DNA of 64,000 nucleotides from Kiritimatiellia bacterium (GTDB lineage Bacteria; Verrucomicrobiota; Kiritimatiellia; RFP12; UBA1067): NCBI GenBank assembly GCA_045537795.1, contig JAZSQE010000053.1, positions 11,805 to 75,804 of the forward strand, read 5' to 3'. Shown piece by piece: positions 53,748 to 64,000 of this stretch (position 1 is its first letter; each line of letters starts with the position of its first letter). The notes under the pieces were generated by a model. It saw only the letters and a program-made list of their open reading frames with translations, ran no database searches and was not told where the DNA came from. The position numbers and the translations under genes were made by a program.

Positions 53748-54653
53748 TCAGGCGGCGCCGCCCGACAGTTTGCGCGCCGTCGCCTCGGCAAGACGCTTCG
53801 CTTCGCGCTCGTCCTGCCGCTTGAGCCACCACGCTACGCACGCCAGAGGGATCAGCACCGACAGCCCCGTCACCGTCGCGAGAGCCGATGCGTGCGGAAG
53901 ATTGCGATCGGGGAACGTGCGCTGGTAGATTTTGTTGCCTATAAGTTCGGAGTCGGTCCCGCCGACGAGATCGGGAATGACGTAAGAACCGATCGCGGGG
54001 ATAAACACCATGAGAACGGCAGATATGACGCCGCGTCTGATGCCCGGCAGGAATATCTTCCTGAAAGCGAAGAAACTGCGCGCGCCGAGATCGCGCGCCG
54101 CCTCCATGAGGGAAAAGTCGAATTTTTCCGCAGCCGTGTATATCGGCATGATGGCGAACGGAAGAAACGAATATATCGAAACCACGAGAATCGCGCCGGA
54201 ATTGTAGTTTAGCGTCGTCGAAGCATCGGCAACCCCTATGCTGATAAGTATCTTCTGGAGAAAACCCTCCGGGTTGAGAAGCGTTCGCCACGCGAACACG
54301 CGCACGATAAAGCTCGTCCAGAACGGCAGCATTATAAGCCCCGCTATGACGGAGCGCCACTTGACTTTCATTCTGGCGATAGCGTACGCGCACGGTAGCG
54401 AGAGAATCACGCACGCGAGCGTCGTGGCCGCAGATATCCAGATGGTGCGCCAGACGATGACGGGATAATTGGGGTTTGAAATGCTGCGCCACGTCTCGAG
54501 AGTGACGCCGGCGGCGATGCCGCCGCCTGGAGCGGCCGCGTGAAACGCGATGGACACCACGATCAATGTCGGTATGACGAAAAAGAGCGTCAGCCAGAGA
54601 AAACTCGGCATCGTCACGCCCCATTCGCCGATCTTCTCGCGCAGAGCCGACAT
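53748..54653 (-). CDS. Spermidine/putrescine-type ABC transporter permease (PotB/PotC-like)
   Basis: 6-TM permease with the EAA-like loop SLMEAARDLGARSFFAFRKIFLP. Confidence 0.8.
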   Translation of the reverse strand: MSALREKIGEWGVTMPSFLWLTLFFVIPTLIVVSIAFHAAAPGGGIAAGVTLETWRSISNPNYPVIVWRTIWISAATTLACVILSLPCAYAIARMKVKWRSVIAGLIMLPFWTSFIVRVFAWRTLLNPEGFLQKILISIGVADASTTLNYNSGAILVVSIYSFLPFAIMPIYTAAEKFDFSLMEAARDLGARSFFAFRKIFLPGIRRGVISAVLMVFIPAIGSYVIPDLVGGTDSELIGNKIYQRTFPDRNLPHASALATVTGLSVLIPLACVAWWLKRQDEREAKRLAEATARKLSGGAA

Positions 54654-55765
54654 CAGCCGAGACTCCCTTCTTCGACCATGTAACCGTCATCGGGATGCCA
54701 CCAGACAAAAACGTCATCGTTCCACGTGATTGTCTCCTCGTCCAGAAGAAAACGCGAATGGGGTTTGAGCGCCGCTATCTGCAGGCAGTCCGATTTAAGC
54801 CAGTACTTCGTATAGACGCCCTGATAGACGATGTCCTTGACCTTCGAGGGAAAAACGTTTATGCCCGCGCCTTTCTCGGGAAGAGGCGGATTGAGCGTCA
54901 CGCGTATTTTCTCGGGTCGTACCGAAAGATCCACCTTCTGCCCGACCTGAAGATTCTTGTCGTTGAACGCCTGTATTCGAGGAAATCCCGGAACAGATAT
55001 CTGGCAGTAATCGCCTTCGACCGCGACGATCTCGCCAGTAAAGAAATTCGTATCGCCGATGAACGAGGCGACGAAACGCGATTTCGGCGCTTCGTATATC
55101 TTGGCGGGGACGTCGAGCTGTTCGACCCTGCCGAGATTGATGACGGCTATGCGGTCGGAAAGACTCATCGCCTCGCCCTGATCGTGCGTGACGTACATGA
55201 AAGTGATGCCGACCTGGTCGTGAATCGTGTCAAGCTCGAGAAGCATGTGCTGTCTGAGTTTGAGGTCGAGCGCGGCGAGCGGTTCGTCGAGAAGAAGAAC
55301 CTGCGGCCTGTCGACAAGGGCGCGGGCGATGGCGACGCGCTGCTTCTGCCCGCCGGAAAGCTGCGACGGGTACTTCCACGCGTGATCCGTCATCTGAATC
55401 ATCTCGAGAATGGAATCGACCATCTCCTCTATCTCGTCTTTCGGCTTTCTGGCGAGCTTGAGGGAAAAGGCGATATTGTCCCAGATCGTCATCGTCGGAA
55501 AAAGCGCGTAGTTCTGAAACACCGTATGAACGCGCCTCTGATCCGGCGGAAGATCGGTTATGTCTTTCCCTTCAAGATATATGCGCCCGGAATCGGGACG
55601 CTCGAAACCGCCGAGCATTCTTAAAAGCGTCGTCTTGCCGCATCCGGACGGCCCGAGAAGCGAGAAGAACTCGCCTTTTTTGATCGACAGCGAAACGTCG
55701 TTCACGGCCGTCAAGGCCCCGAAGCGTTTCGTAACGTGATCGAAGACAAGAAATTCGTTATTCAT
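54653..55765 (-). CDS. potA: Spermidine/putrescine ABC transporter ATP-binding protein with a C-terminal TOBE domain
   Basis: [33 protein letters not shown]; start set at MNNEFL (55765); ATGA overlap with the purL stop. Confidence 0.8.
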   Translation of the reverse strand: MNNEFLVFDHVTKRFGALTAVNDVSLSIKKGEFFSLLGPSGCGKTTLLRMLGGFERPDSGRIYLEGKDITDLPPDQRRVHTVFQNYALFPTMTIWDNIAFSLKLARKPKDEIEEMVDSILEMIQMTDHAWKYPSQLSGGQKQRVAIARALVDRPQVLLLDEPLAALDLKLRQHMLLELDTIHDQVGITFMYVTHDQGEAMSLSDRIAVINLGRVEQLDVPAKIYEAPKSRFVASFIGDTNFFTGEIVAVEGDYCQISVPGFPRIQAFNDKNLQVGQKVDLSVRPEKIRVTLNPPLPEKGAGINVFPSKVKDIVYQGVYTKYWLKSDCLQIAALKPHSRFLLDEETITWNDDVFVWWHPDDGYMVEEGSLG

Positions 55766-58700
55766 TTCGTCGCGAAGGCGTAGGCGTTTTCGAACATGCG
55801 CATCCACGGTCCGTTGACCTTGAAGACACCGGGATTGTAGCTGAGCTGGCACGCCCTGAAACCGCGCTCCGGGTGCGGCATCATGATCGTCACGCGGCCG
55901 TCGGCGCTCGTGAACGCCGTCTGCCCGCCGATGGAGCCGTTCGGATTGTACGGATAGCGTTCCGTCGCCTCGCCGCGCCCGTCGACGTAATGCGCGGCGC
56001 ATTTCGCCGGCGTGAAGCCGTCAGTCCAGACGCGCCCTTCACCGTGCGCGACGGCGATCGGGAGACGCGAGCCGGCCATACCCCTGAAGAAGATCGAAGG
56101 AGACTCTTCAATCTCGATCGTCACCAGACGCGCCTCGAACTGTTCGGAGACGTTTCTCACGAACTTCGGCCACGCTTCGGCGCCGGGAATGATGTCCTTG
56201 AGCTGGCTGAGCATCTGACAGCCGTTGCACACTCCGAGCGAGAACGTGTCCTTGCGGTTGAAGAACTTTTTGAACATCGTCTTGAGCTTCTCGTTGAAGA
56301 GAATCGATCTCGCCCATCCGGAGCCGGCGCCGAGAACGTCGCCGTACGAGAAACCTCCGCACGCGACAAGGCCCTTGAAGTCTTTGAGGTCGGCGCGCCC
56401 TTCGATGAGATCGGACATGTGCACGTCAACCGACTCGAAACCCGCGAGCGCGAACGCGGCGGCCATTTCGATATGTCCGTTGACGCCCTGCTCGCGCAGA
56501 ATCGCCACTCTGGGCTTCTCGCCCTTCTTCGAAGCCGGGCGTTTTTCTTCCGGATCGAACGTGAGAGAGTACGTAAGGCCGGGATCCGTCTCGTCGAGAG
56601 CGTTGTCGTATTCCTGCTTGGCGCACACGGGATTGTCGCGGAGCGCCTGCATGCGATACGTCGTCTCGGACCAGCAGCGTCTGAGATACGTAATATCCGT
56701 CGAAAGCGCCTCTCGAGCGCCGACGAAAAGCGTGAACCTTCTCGTGTCGAGCGGCCTGCCGATGACGACGGCCGGCACCTTCGCCGCCTTGAAAACGCCG
56801 AGCACGTCATCGAGTTTCGAATCGGCCACCTGCAAAACGGCGCCGGGCTGCTCGTTGAAGAGCTGTTCGAGAACGTCGCCGTCAGGAAGAACCGCCTCGA
56901 TTCCGCGCCCGCCCGTCACGGCCATTTCAGAGAGCGTCGCGGCGATGCCGCCGTCGCTCCTGTCGTGATAAGCCATCGCCATCGAACCGCGCACGATCTT
57001 CTGCATCGCGTTGAAAAAGCGTTTGATCGTCGCCGCGTCCGCATCGGCGTGGGTATCGCCAAGCTGACTGTATACCTGCGCGAGCGCCGTCGCGCCGAGA
57101 GGCGCTTCACCGTTGCCGAGATCGACGTACACGAGGGAAGACCCTTCGCCTTCGGCGTCGCTCTTGAGATCGGGCGTAAGCGTGAGACGAACGTCATTGA
57201 CAGGCGCAAACGAAGAGATGATAAGCGAGAGAGGCGCGACCTGCTTCTGCTGGACGCCCTTCGAATCGGCCCACGTCGTATGCATTGAGCACGAATCCTT
57301 GCCGACAGGGATCGAAACGCCGAGTTTCGGACAGAATCTAAGACCCACCTCTTCGACGGTATCGTAAAGTATCGCGTCTTCGCCCGGCTCGCCGCAAGGC
57401 GCCATCCAGTTCGCCGAAAGACGTATCTGGCGTATATCCCCGACGTCGGCGGCCGCGAGATTGGTGAGTGCTTCGGCGATCGCCATCCTGCCGGAAGCCG
57501 GACCGTCAAGAAGCGCGATCGGAGTGCGCTCGCCCGTCGCCATCGCCTGACCTTCGTAAGTCTTGTAGCCCATCGTCGTGACGGCGCAGTCGGCGGCCGG
57601 CAGCTGGAACCTGCCGACCATCTGATCGCGCGCGACGCGGCCCGTGACGGTGCGATCGGTGATCGAGACGAGAAACGTCTTGTCGGCAACCGCGGGAAGA
57701 TGAAGAACCCTCGTAAGGGCGTCGAGAGGTTTTACGCCCTCGAAATTGACGGGAATGCGCTTTTCCTTGACGCGTCTGACGTTTCTCTTCATGCGCGGAG
57801 GCTTGCCGAGAAGGACCTTGATGTCCATATCGATCGGATTGTCCCCGAAATGCGAATCTTCAAGAACAAGCTGTCCGTCGCCCGTCGCTACGCCTATGAA
57901 CGCCACGGGGCAGCGCTCGCGCGCGCAGAGCTCTTCGAAGAAATGCCTCGCCTCCGGCTTGAGCGCGAGAACGTAGCGCTCCTGCGCTTCGCAGCACCAG
58001 ATCTCCATCGGATTCATCGAGCGCTCTTCGTTGTGTATCTCGCGGAGATAGAACCTTCCTCCCGTCGCTTCGACGAGTTCGGGGCAACCGTTCGAAAGCC
58101 CGCCCGCGCCGATGTCGTGGATCGAAAGAATCGGGTTCGCCTTGCCGAGATAGCTGCACGCGTCGATTACGCCTTGGGCGCGCCGCTGCATTTCGGCGTT
58201 GCCGCGCTGGACGGAGTTGAAGTCGAGCGCTTCGGAATTCGTGCCCGTCATCATCGAAGAGGCCGCGCCGCCGCCGAGACCGATGCGCATGGCAGGGCCG
58301 CCGATCTGGACGATGAGAGACTTCACCTTGACCGGTTTCTTCTCGACCTGGCTGTGGCGGATGACGCCCATGCCGCCCGCGAGCATGATCGGCTTGTGGT
58401 AGCCGCGCAGTCTGCCCGCGATTTCGCCTTCATACGTGCGGAAGAAGCCGCAAAGCTGCGGGCGTCCGAATTCGTTGCCGAACGCGGCACCGCCGATGGG
58501 ACCTTCGGTCATGATCTGCAAAGGTGTCGCCAGACGCGTCGGGAAGTCGGCGAAAATCCTTTCCCACGGCTGCGGATAGCCGGGAATGCGCAAGTTTGAA
58601 ACCATGAATCCGCAGATGCCCGCGACGGTGCGCGAGCCGGAGCCGGTGGCCGATTCGTCGCGGATTTCGCCGCCCACGCCCGTCGCCGCGCCCGGATACG

Positions 58701-59577
58701 GAGAGATCGCCGTCGGGTGGTTGTGCGTCTCGACCTTCATGAGCTGGTCGAGCCGATCCTTCTTGAACGAATACGTGTTATTCTTGGGATCGATCGCGAA
58801 AACGTCCGTCTTGAAGCCGGCGATCACCGACGAATTGTCCTTGTACGCCGAAAGCGTGTCTTCCGGGCGCTTCTTGTGGGTGTTTTTGATCATCCCGAAA
58901 AGCGACTCTTTTTTCTTCTTTCCGTCGATGATGAATTCGGCGCCGAAAATCTTATGGCGGCAATGCTCCGAGTTCACCTGGCCGAACATGACGAGTTCGG
59001 TGTCTGTGGGGTTGCGTCCGGCGGCCTTGAAACTCCTGGCGAGATACTCCATCTCCTCTTCGCTTATGGCCAGCCCGATCTGCGCGTTCGCCTCGCGGAT
59101 CGCGTCGACGCCCTTGGTCATCACGTCGTAGGTGCGGCCCTTGCGCGGCTCGTCGATTTCGAAAAGATCGGCAATGTCTTCATAGACGCCTTCGGTCATC
59201 TTGTCGTAAAGCACAAAGAACGCCTTTTCCCCCGGCATCTTTGAAACCTTGTAGCGTATGCCGCGCTCGACGCGCCTGATGCCCTTGAGGGAGCAGTTTC
59301 TGAAAATATCCGTCGCCTTCGAACTCCAGGGCGAAATCGTGCCCTTGCGCGGCGTGACGAAGAAATCCGCGCCGTCGAACGGCCCGGTCGCGCTCAGAAG
59401 CGTCGCGGCGCGCGAAAGAGTCTCTTCGTCGCAGCCGCCCGTGCACGTCTCTATCGCGTAAACCCACTTCGCGTCTATCTCGACGCCTTTGAGCGAAGCG
59501 TCAGCTTTCGCGAGAGCATCTTTTATCGCGTCCATGCGGAACGGTGAATAGGCATCGCTGCCGAGCAGTAAAATCAT
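55762..59577 (-). CDS. purL: Phosphoribosylformylglycinamidine synthase, single-chain large form
   Basis: 1271 aa; N-terminal PurS-like region, AIR-synthase-like repeats and a C-terminal glutamine amidotransferase domain (GVCNGCQ). Confidence 0.9.
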   Translation of the reverse strand: MILLLGSDAYSPFRMDAIKDALAKADASLKGVEIDAKWVYAIETCTGGCDEETLSRAATLLSATGPFDGADFFVTPRKGTISPWSSKATDIFRNCSLKGIRRVERGIRYKVSKMPGEKAFFVLYDKMTEGVYEDIADLFEIDEPRKGRTYDVMTKGVDAIREANAQIGLAISEEEMEYLARSFKAAGRNPTDTELVMFGQVNSEHCRHKIFGAEFIIDGKKKKESLFGMIKNTHKKRPEDTLSAYKDNSSVIAGFKTDVFAIDPKNNTYSFKKDRLDQLMKVETHNHPTAISPYPGAATGVGGEIRDESATGSGSRTVAGICGFMVSNLRIPGYPQPWERIFADFPTRLATPLQIMTEGPIGGAAFGNEFGRPQLCGFFRTYEGEIAGRLRGYHKPIMLAGGMGVIRHSQVEKKPVKVKSLIVQIGGPAMRIGLGGGAASSMMTGTNSEALDFNSVQRGNAEMQRRAQGVIDACSYLGKANPILSIHDIGAGGLSNGCPELVEATGGRFYLREIHNEERSMNPMEIWCCEAQERYVLALKPEARHFFEELCARERCPVAFIGVATGDGQLVLEDSHFGDNPIDMDIKVLLGKPPRMKRNVRRVKEKRIPVNFEGVKPLDALTRVLHLPAVADKTFLVSITDRTVTGRVARDQMVGRFQLPAADCAVTTMGYKTYEGQAMATGERTPIALLDGPASGRMAIAEALTNLAAADVGDIRQIRLSANWMAPCGEPGEDAILYDTVEEVGLRFCPKLGVSIPVGKDSCSMHTTWADSKGVQQKQVAPLSLIISSFAPVNDVRLTLTPDLKSDAEGEGSSLVYVDLGNGEAPLGATALAQVYSQLGDTHADADAATIKRFFNAMQKIVRGSMAMAYHDRSDGGIAATLSEMAVTGGRGIEAVLPDGDVLEQLFNEQPGAVLQVADSKLDDVLGVFKAAKVPAVVIGRPLDTRRFTLFVGAREALSTDITYLRRCWSETTYRMQALRDNPVCAKQEYDNALDETDPGLTYSLTFDPEEKRPASKKGEKPRVAILREQGVNGHIEMAAAFALAGFESVDVHMSDLIEGRADLKDFKGLVACGGFSYGDVLGAGSGWARSILFNEKLKTMFKKFFNRKDTFSLGVCNGCQMLSQLKDIIPGAEAWPKFVRNVSEQFEARLVTIEIEESPSIFFRGMAGSRLPIAVAHGEGRVWTDGFTPAKCAAHYVDGRGEATERYPYNPNGSIGGQTAFTSADGRVTIMMPHPERGFRACQLSYNPGVFKVNGPWMRMFENAYAFATK

Positions 59578-59643
59578 CTTTTTTCTCCTTGAAAAGTTCC
59601 TTATATTATACCAAAATCGCGAAGGCGAAACGCGCGCGCGCCG

Positions 59644-62600
59644 TCACTTCTTGACGGAGCGTCTGACGACGATCGTGCGGTTGGCGCGCGAAAGCGAACG
59701 TCGGCGTATTTCCTTGAGCCAGAAGAAGCGCTCGCGTTCGTAGACGAGCGCCGGCCGGCGGCGCGTCTTGTGCGTTATCGTGACGACGAGCCTGCCGTTT
59801 TCCGTGCGCGCGCAGACGCTGCGCGACCCGCCGAGATCTTCCGTCAGAGCTTCGGGCAGATGTTCGATTTCGCCGTATCCCTCTGGAAAGCGCACCGTGA
59901 CGACCTCCTCGCGCTCTTCGTCCGACCTGATCGACAAGGGCGAAACGCGCGTATTGGCCGCCAGAACCGGCAGAGGGCATTTGAATTCGGGCAGAGTCAA
60001 CATGACGCAATCATCCGCGACGACGGCGTAATCCGGAACGAAACACTTGAACGAAAGTTTCGCCGGATAACTCTCAACATCCGCCTCAAGATCTCCCGTC
60101 GCGCTCGCCGCCTGGGCGATCGACCCGAGAAGCGACTGGTAGTAACGGGTGCGCTCCTCGGGAAGCATTTCCGAAAAGCGCTTTCTGAAAGCCCCGACGC
60201 CGCTGCCGCGCCGGTAGACGGCCGCCTCTATATCGACGCCGCCGCCCGGTCTTATGTCCCACACGCTTTCCTCGAGTTCCGACGACCTGAAGGCGTCGGC
60301 GACGGCCGCGACCGTGCCGAAAGTCTCTTCAAGCGGGTCGAAGAACGTGCAAGCGTCATAAGGCGTCGTGCCGAGCGGCGTGTATTCGTTTTCGGTGCCG
60401 ATGTAAAAAGTCTTCGTTTCGCCGCCTATGCCGAGAAATCCGCCTTCGCGAACCTTGACGCGGCAGAGCGCTGCGGAGAATTCCCTCGGATCGGGATGAT
60501 CCTCGATCTCCATCTTCTTCAACCGCGCGTCCTTCAGGGCGTCGTCGGCCGCGAAAACGATATCCGCGTCAAAGCCGGCCCTGTCGAGAAGCGCGGCCAT
60601 CGTGCGCACATAGTCGAGTCTCGTGGCGTAGCGCTCCTTCAAGACGATCTCCGGGTCGGTGATTTGCGCCGCAGGCGCGATTTCGTAGAGCGACGGGCCA
60701 GCAATCTTCACGTGGCGCGCCATCCACGAGCGGATTTCTCCGATTCCGGCGTCCTTCAGTTCGGGGAGGGTCGAGCGCCCGATATGCGGCACGCGCGCAG
60801 CCGGAGACAAAGCGCGCGCGGCGCTTTTCCAGTCGCACTTCGAGACGGTGAGCACGTCTCTCCACAGTCTCTCATCGGGCTGATCCGACTCGCGGACGAC
60901 ACGCTTGGGGGCGATGACTTCGCGCTTCCAGCCGTCGACACGGACGACTTTGCGCCTGAGGGGCGAGGTGGAGTCGAAAGCAGTCAGAGAATAAAACGCC
61001 GCGGGCGCATCCTTCACGGTCACGGCGGTTTTCACCGAAATGACGCTACCTATCTCCACCGAAGGCAGATTGACGACGAGTATCCTGCCCGCTCGGTAGC
61101 GCGGGGCCGACGCTACCCACGGCGCATCCATCTCGTTGATCTCCTTGGCGGACACGCTGCTGACCGTGCCGTTCACATTGGAGACCGTCGCGCCGAGAAT
61201 CTCGATTTTCTTCCACGACGGATTGTAGGCGAATTTGAGCTCGGACGAATCCTTCTTCCCCGCGTACGTGAGAACGCGCTTGACGACTTCGTTCGTCGTC
61301 ACCCACGACCTCGCGGCGTTCCCCGACTCCCCCTCCAGTTTCGTGACGGAGCTCTCGAGCAGAACTTCGACATCCGCTCCCGCGACATCGCTGCATTCAA
61401 ACACAACGCATCTGCGCTCCGTCGCCTCCATGCGCTTTATCTCTTCGCGTAGCGCCCCGTAAGCGGAACTCGAGAACTCGACGGCCGCGATCGCGAGACG
61501 CCTTTTCGCCTCGAGGACGCCGTTCTTGACGCTGAACGAGCGCGAATAATCGTACCCGCCCGCCGTTTTCACCTCGGGCGGAACGTACTTCACCGGCCCG
61601 ATTTCCGGATCGAGACCGATCTTCACCATCTCGTTCACCTCGGCCGTCGTATCGAGCACAAGCGGATATTTTCTGCTCTCCAGCGACGTGGCGCCGCCGA
61701 GAAGAAAGTTTACGACGCCCAGAGACTTCGAGACGAAAGGCACGAAAAGCCGGCTCTGCCGATCGCCCGTGACGAGCGCTTCGGGCACACGGTAGACGAC
61801 CTTCACCTTCAGGGGCTTTTCCGTGTCGCGCATGTCCGCAGGTTCAATATCCGCCGAAACGAGTTCCGCCCCGGGAGCCAGCCGGGCGACTATGCGGGCG
61901 AAAGAACGTTCGCGATCGCGAAACGTAAGACGCGCGAAAAGTCCGCGGTAGGCGGTATCGTTTATCCCGAGAAACGACATCGAACTTTCCATCACGAGAG
62001 AAGAATCCTTCATAAGCCTGCCCTCCGACTCGACGCGGACGGCGTTCGCCGCGCTCGGCGGCACGGGGGATGTCATCAGCTCTTCGCCGTCCTCGCGGCA
62101 GACGAGATAGCTCTTGTCGCTCAGATACGCCGGAAAAATATCCTTCGTATTCTCGTTCGTCGGATCCATAAGCATATATTCGCGCTTATTGGGATCGAGC
62201 TGAACGGCGGCGATAGCGTGATTGAAATACGGCTGCGGCACGCTCTTATCCATCTTGGCTCCGACATTGATGAGCACGGGGAACGCTTCAAGACCCGCGA
62301 GACGGAGCATCGCCACCAAAAGCCCCGCCTTGTCGCGGCAGACACCGTAGCGGCTATCGAACGTTATGTCGACATCGTGCGGAGCATACCCGGGAGACGT
62401 ATCTTCCATCGTAAGGCCCATATAGCGGATTTCCTGCGAGACAAACTTGAAGATAGATCTCACGAGCGCCTCGCCCTTGAGATTGCCTTTGAGTTTTTTG
62501 ACTTTTTCCTTCATCGCGTAATTCGTCTTTTCGAGATGCGGCAGGCAAAGATCCCAATACCACTTCGATATCTCGCGCCAATGCGCCGCCGTCGAAAGTC

Positions 62601-63318
62601 GGATGTTCTGCACCTGCGTGTAGGCGGGCGGCATATCAGGCTCGGGGAACATCTGCGGAGAATTCGTCGCCGTAAAAACGTGAAGCATGGAGCCGTCTTC
62701 GAGCCGGCGCGTCGTTTCAACAACGTTGCCGAGCGGATTTCTTATAGCCTTTGAGCGAATGGGGCGCGATGCGGGCGCCTTCACCTCGTATACAGACTTG
62801 AGAATGGGCGCGCGCCATTCCATAACACTGATGTCCGCCCAATGATCTTTTATGCGGCTCTTAAAGGTCTTTCGCATAATCTTGACGTGCACGGTCTCTC
62901 CGACCTTAAGACCAGGTATCGTGCACGTTATCATGCGGTCGAGCGGATCGTAGATATTAGCCCCCATCGAGCTGTTGTCGGTCGACTCCTTTGTCGTCGC
63001 CGAAACATCGATTTCCCGCTCCTTGCCGTCGAGACCGACAGCCCCGACATAAAGGATCTTCGCCTCGCCGTAGCGCTTCGAATACGCGAGCGAGAGCGAC
63101 GATTCTTCGCGCCTTCCCTTCTCGGTCAGAATCTTGATCCAGGCTTCGCTTTGTGAAGAACTCGTGCCGTCGGGATTGTAGGCGACGCGCTCGATCTCTT
63201 CGACCGTCACCGAATCGGCGTCGGGATATTTGTCGGCCGTGACGCCGTCGAGATCGGGCCTTGCGCAGACGCAAAACGACAAAACGGCGAAGAATGACGC
63301 GAACAGCGTTTTTTTCAT
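59644..63318 (-). CDS. Large secreted protein with a tandem DUF3857 / transglutaminase-like architecture
   Basis: Signal peptide. The first unit has the transglutaminase core YGVCRDKAGLLVAMLRLAGLEA (Cys present). The second unit (ATRLDYVRTMAALLDRAGFDADIVFAA) lacks the Cys. Confidence 0.55.
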   Translation of the reverse strand: MKKTLFASFFAVLSFCVCARPDLDGVTADKYPDADSVTVEEIERVAYNPDGTSSSQSEAWIKILTEKGRREESSLSLAYSKRYGEAKILYVGAVGLDGKEREIDVSATTKESTDNSSMGANIYDPLDRMITCTIPGLKVGETVHVKIMRKTFKSRIKDHWADISVMEWRAPILKSVYEVKAPASRPIRSKAIRNPLGNVVETTRRLEDGSMLHVFTATNSPQMFPEPDMPPAYTQVQNIRLSTAAHWREISKWYWDLCLPHLEKTNYAMKEKVKKLKGNLKGEALVRSIFKFVSQEIRYMGLTMEDTSPGYAPHDVDITFDSRYGVCRDKAGLLVAMLRLAGLEAFPVLINVGAKMDKSVPQPYFNHAIAAVQLDPNKREYMLMDPTNENTKDIFPAYLSDKSYLVCREDGEELMTSPVPPSAANAVRVESEGRLMKDSSLVMESSMSFLGINDTAYRGLFARLTFRDRERSFARIVARLAPGAELVSADIEPADMRDTEKPLKVKVVYRVPEALVTGDRQSRLFVPFVSKSLGVVNFLLGGATSLESRKYPLVLDTTAEVNEMVKIGLDPEIGPVKYVPPEVKTAGGYDYSRSFSVKNGVLEAKRRLAIAAVEFSSSAYGALREEIKRMEATERRCVVFECSDVAGADVEVLLESSVTKLEGESGNAARSWVTTNEVVKRVLTYAGKKDSSELKFAYNPSWKKIEILGATVSNVNGTVSSVSAKEINEMDAPWVASAPRYRAGRILVVNLPSVEIGSVISVKTAVTVKDAPAAFYSLTAFDSTSPLRRKVVRVDGWKREVIAPKRVVRESDQPDERLWRDVLTVSKCDWKSAARALSPAARVPHIGRSTLPELKDAGIGEIRSWMARHVKIAGPSLYEIAPAAQITDPEIVLKERYATRLDYVRTMAALLDRAGFDADIVFAADDALKDARLKKMEIEDHPDPREFSAALCRVKVREGGFLGIGGETKTFYIGTENEYTPLGTTPYDACTFFDPLEETFGTVAAVADAFRSSELEESVWDIRPGGGVDIEAAVYRRGSGVGAFRKRFSEMLPEERTRYYQSLLGSIAQAASATGDLEADVESYPAKLSFKCFVPDYAVVADDCVMLTLPEFKCPLPVLAANTRVSPLSIRSDEEREEVVTVRFPEGYGEIEHLPEALTEDLGGSRSVCARTENGRLVVTITHKTRRRPALVYERERFFWLKEIRRRSLSRANRTIVVRRSVKK

Positions 63319-63344
63319 TTCTCCCTCTCCTGCGAATCCCATGA

Positions 63345-64000
63345 TCAGGCCGTGCGTATCGCACGCGCCGAGGCGAGCATATCGTCGACCGCTTTTTTCA
63401 TGTCGGACTGTTTAAAAAGATAACTGCCGGCGACAAGCTGGTTCGCGCCGGCCTTGAGCGCCGATACGGCCGTCTCGGCGTTTATGCCGCCGTCGACCAT
63501 GATGTCGATGTCGCTGCTGCGTGCGCGGAGAAACTCTACCTTGGCCATACACTCCCCGATGAACTTCTGCCCGCCATATCCGGGATGCACGCTCATCACA
63601 AGAATCTCGTCCACCTCGTCAAGATAAGGCAGAAGCGCCTCGGCAGGCGTTTGCGGGTTTATCACGATGGCGTTTTTAAGGCCCATATTTCTTATGCGCT
63701 TCAGTTCGACGTGAAGATCGCAGTCCGACTCAAGATGAATCTGAATCGTCTGCGCCCCCGCTTCGGCGAACTTTTCGAGATAAAGATCGGGGCGCGACAT
63801 CATAAGGTGGACATTGCGGTAAAACGACGGAGCCGTGCGCTTTGCGAGCGCGACGACATCCGGGCCGAACGAAAGATTCGGCACGAAATGCGCATCCATG
63901 ATATCAAGATGAAGAGCCTGAGCTCCTGAAGCCTCGGCCCTCAGTATCTCCTCGCCGAGCCTGCCGAAATCAGCCGCCAAAAGCGACGGTAATACCTCGT
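63345..64000 (-). CDS. rpe: Ribulose-phosphate 3-epimerase, 5' partial (the N-terminus lies beyond the window edge)
   Basis: LAADFGRLGEE, HLDIMDAHFVPN, MSVHPGYGGQKF, VDGGIN; the frame stays open through position 64000. Confidence 0.8.
   Translation of the reverse strand, partial: EVLPSLLAADFGRLGEEILRAEASGAQALHLDIMDAHFVPNLSFGPDVVALAKRTAPSFYRNVHLMMSRPDLYLEKFAEAGAQTIQIHLESDCDLHVELKRIRNMGLKNAIVINPQTPAEALLPYLDEVDEILVMSVHPGYGGQKFIGECMAKVEFLRARSSDIDIMVDGGINAETAVSALKAGANQLVAGSYLFKQSDMKKAVDDMLASARAIRTA

Noticed and set aside
55873-61452. Antisense ORFs inside purL and the transglutaminase-like gene (55873..57288 +, 57700..58599 +, 58586..59244 +, 59770..61452 +)
   Set aside because: Low-complexity translations; the purL and TGase-like reading frames carry clear family motifs instead.

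Overview
This 64-kb window is a visibly GC-rich (about 60% by eye) bacterial chromosome segment with an extreme strand bias: almost every gene from 780 to 45,515 is on the minus strand. The GC-rich backbone carries ordinary housekeeping and saprophyte-type genes. These are MgtC, a PEGA/TolB-like lipoprotein, livHMGF, an RND efflux operon (TetR regulator, AcrA-like, AcrB-like, OMF), GDPD, GH43, a CocE/NonD hydrolase, rlmN, a SWIM-SNF2 helicase, a tandem DUF1080 lipoprotein, nadC, tRNA-Asn, potAB, purL, a 1232-aa transglutaminase-like protein and rpe (5' partial at the window edge). Two AT-rich (roughly 40% GC) islands interrupt it.

Island I (about 1385-8185) is a co-directional envelope gene array. 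It holds three different tandem M48 zinc metallopeptidases, four or five lipoproteins, a tandem pair of paralogous 2-TM proteins and a 483-aa lipoprotein.

Island II (about 10,823-25,600) is the most interesting region. A 7-gene, about 14-kb minus-strand operon has been inserted into, and truncates, an oligopeptide-type ABC ATPase gene. The operon starts with a membrane-anchored LivK-like (type I periplasmic-binding fold) protein. It is followed by a 1613-aa cytoplasmic protein with a second LivK-like N-domain, a HisKA-like H-box, a clear GHKL ATPase N-box/G1-box and receiver-like segments. Five downstream genes follow (membrane-anchored unknowns plus an AGE-like (alpha/alpha)6 protein). I could not match this architecture to any described system, and it lacks integrase or transposase genes.

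Other notable points. A 142-bp, 97%-identical repeat sits directly upstream of two unrelated minus-strand operons. One copy abuts a truncated hcp gene. A Schlafen/AlbA_2-HATPase gene is spliced into the liv operon between livG and livF with overlapping start and stop codons. There are degraded gene remnants at the island junction, two 9-nt homopolymer tracts, an 8-bp x6 microsatellite in the acrA-acrB junction, and a near-consensus autoregulated TetR promoter. No rRNA, CRISPR array or recognisable transposase/integrase was found. All family assignments are from motif recognition by eye and need HMM/BLAST confirmation.
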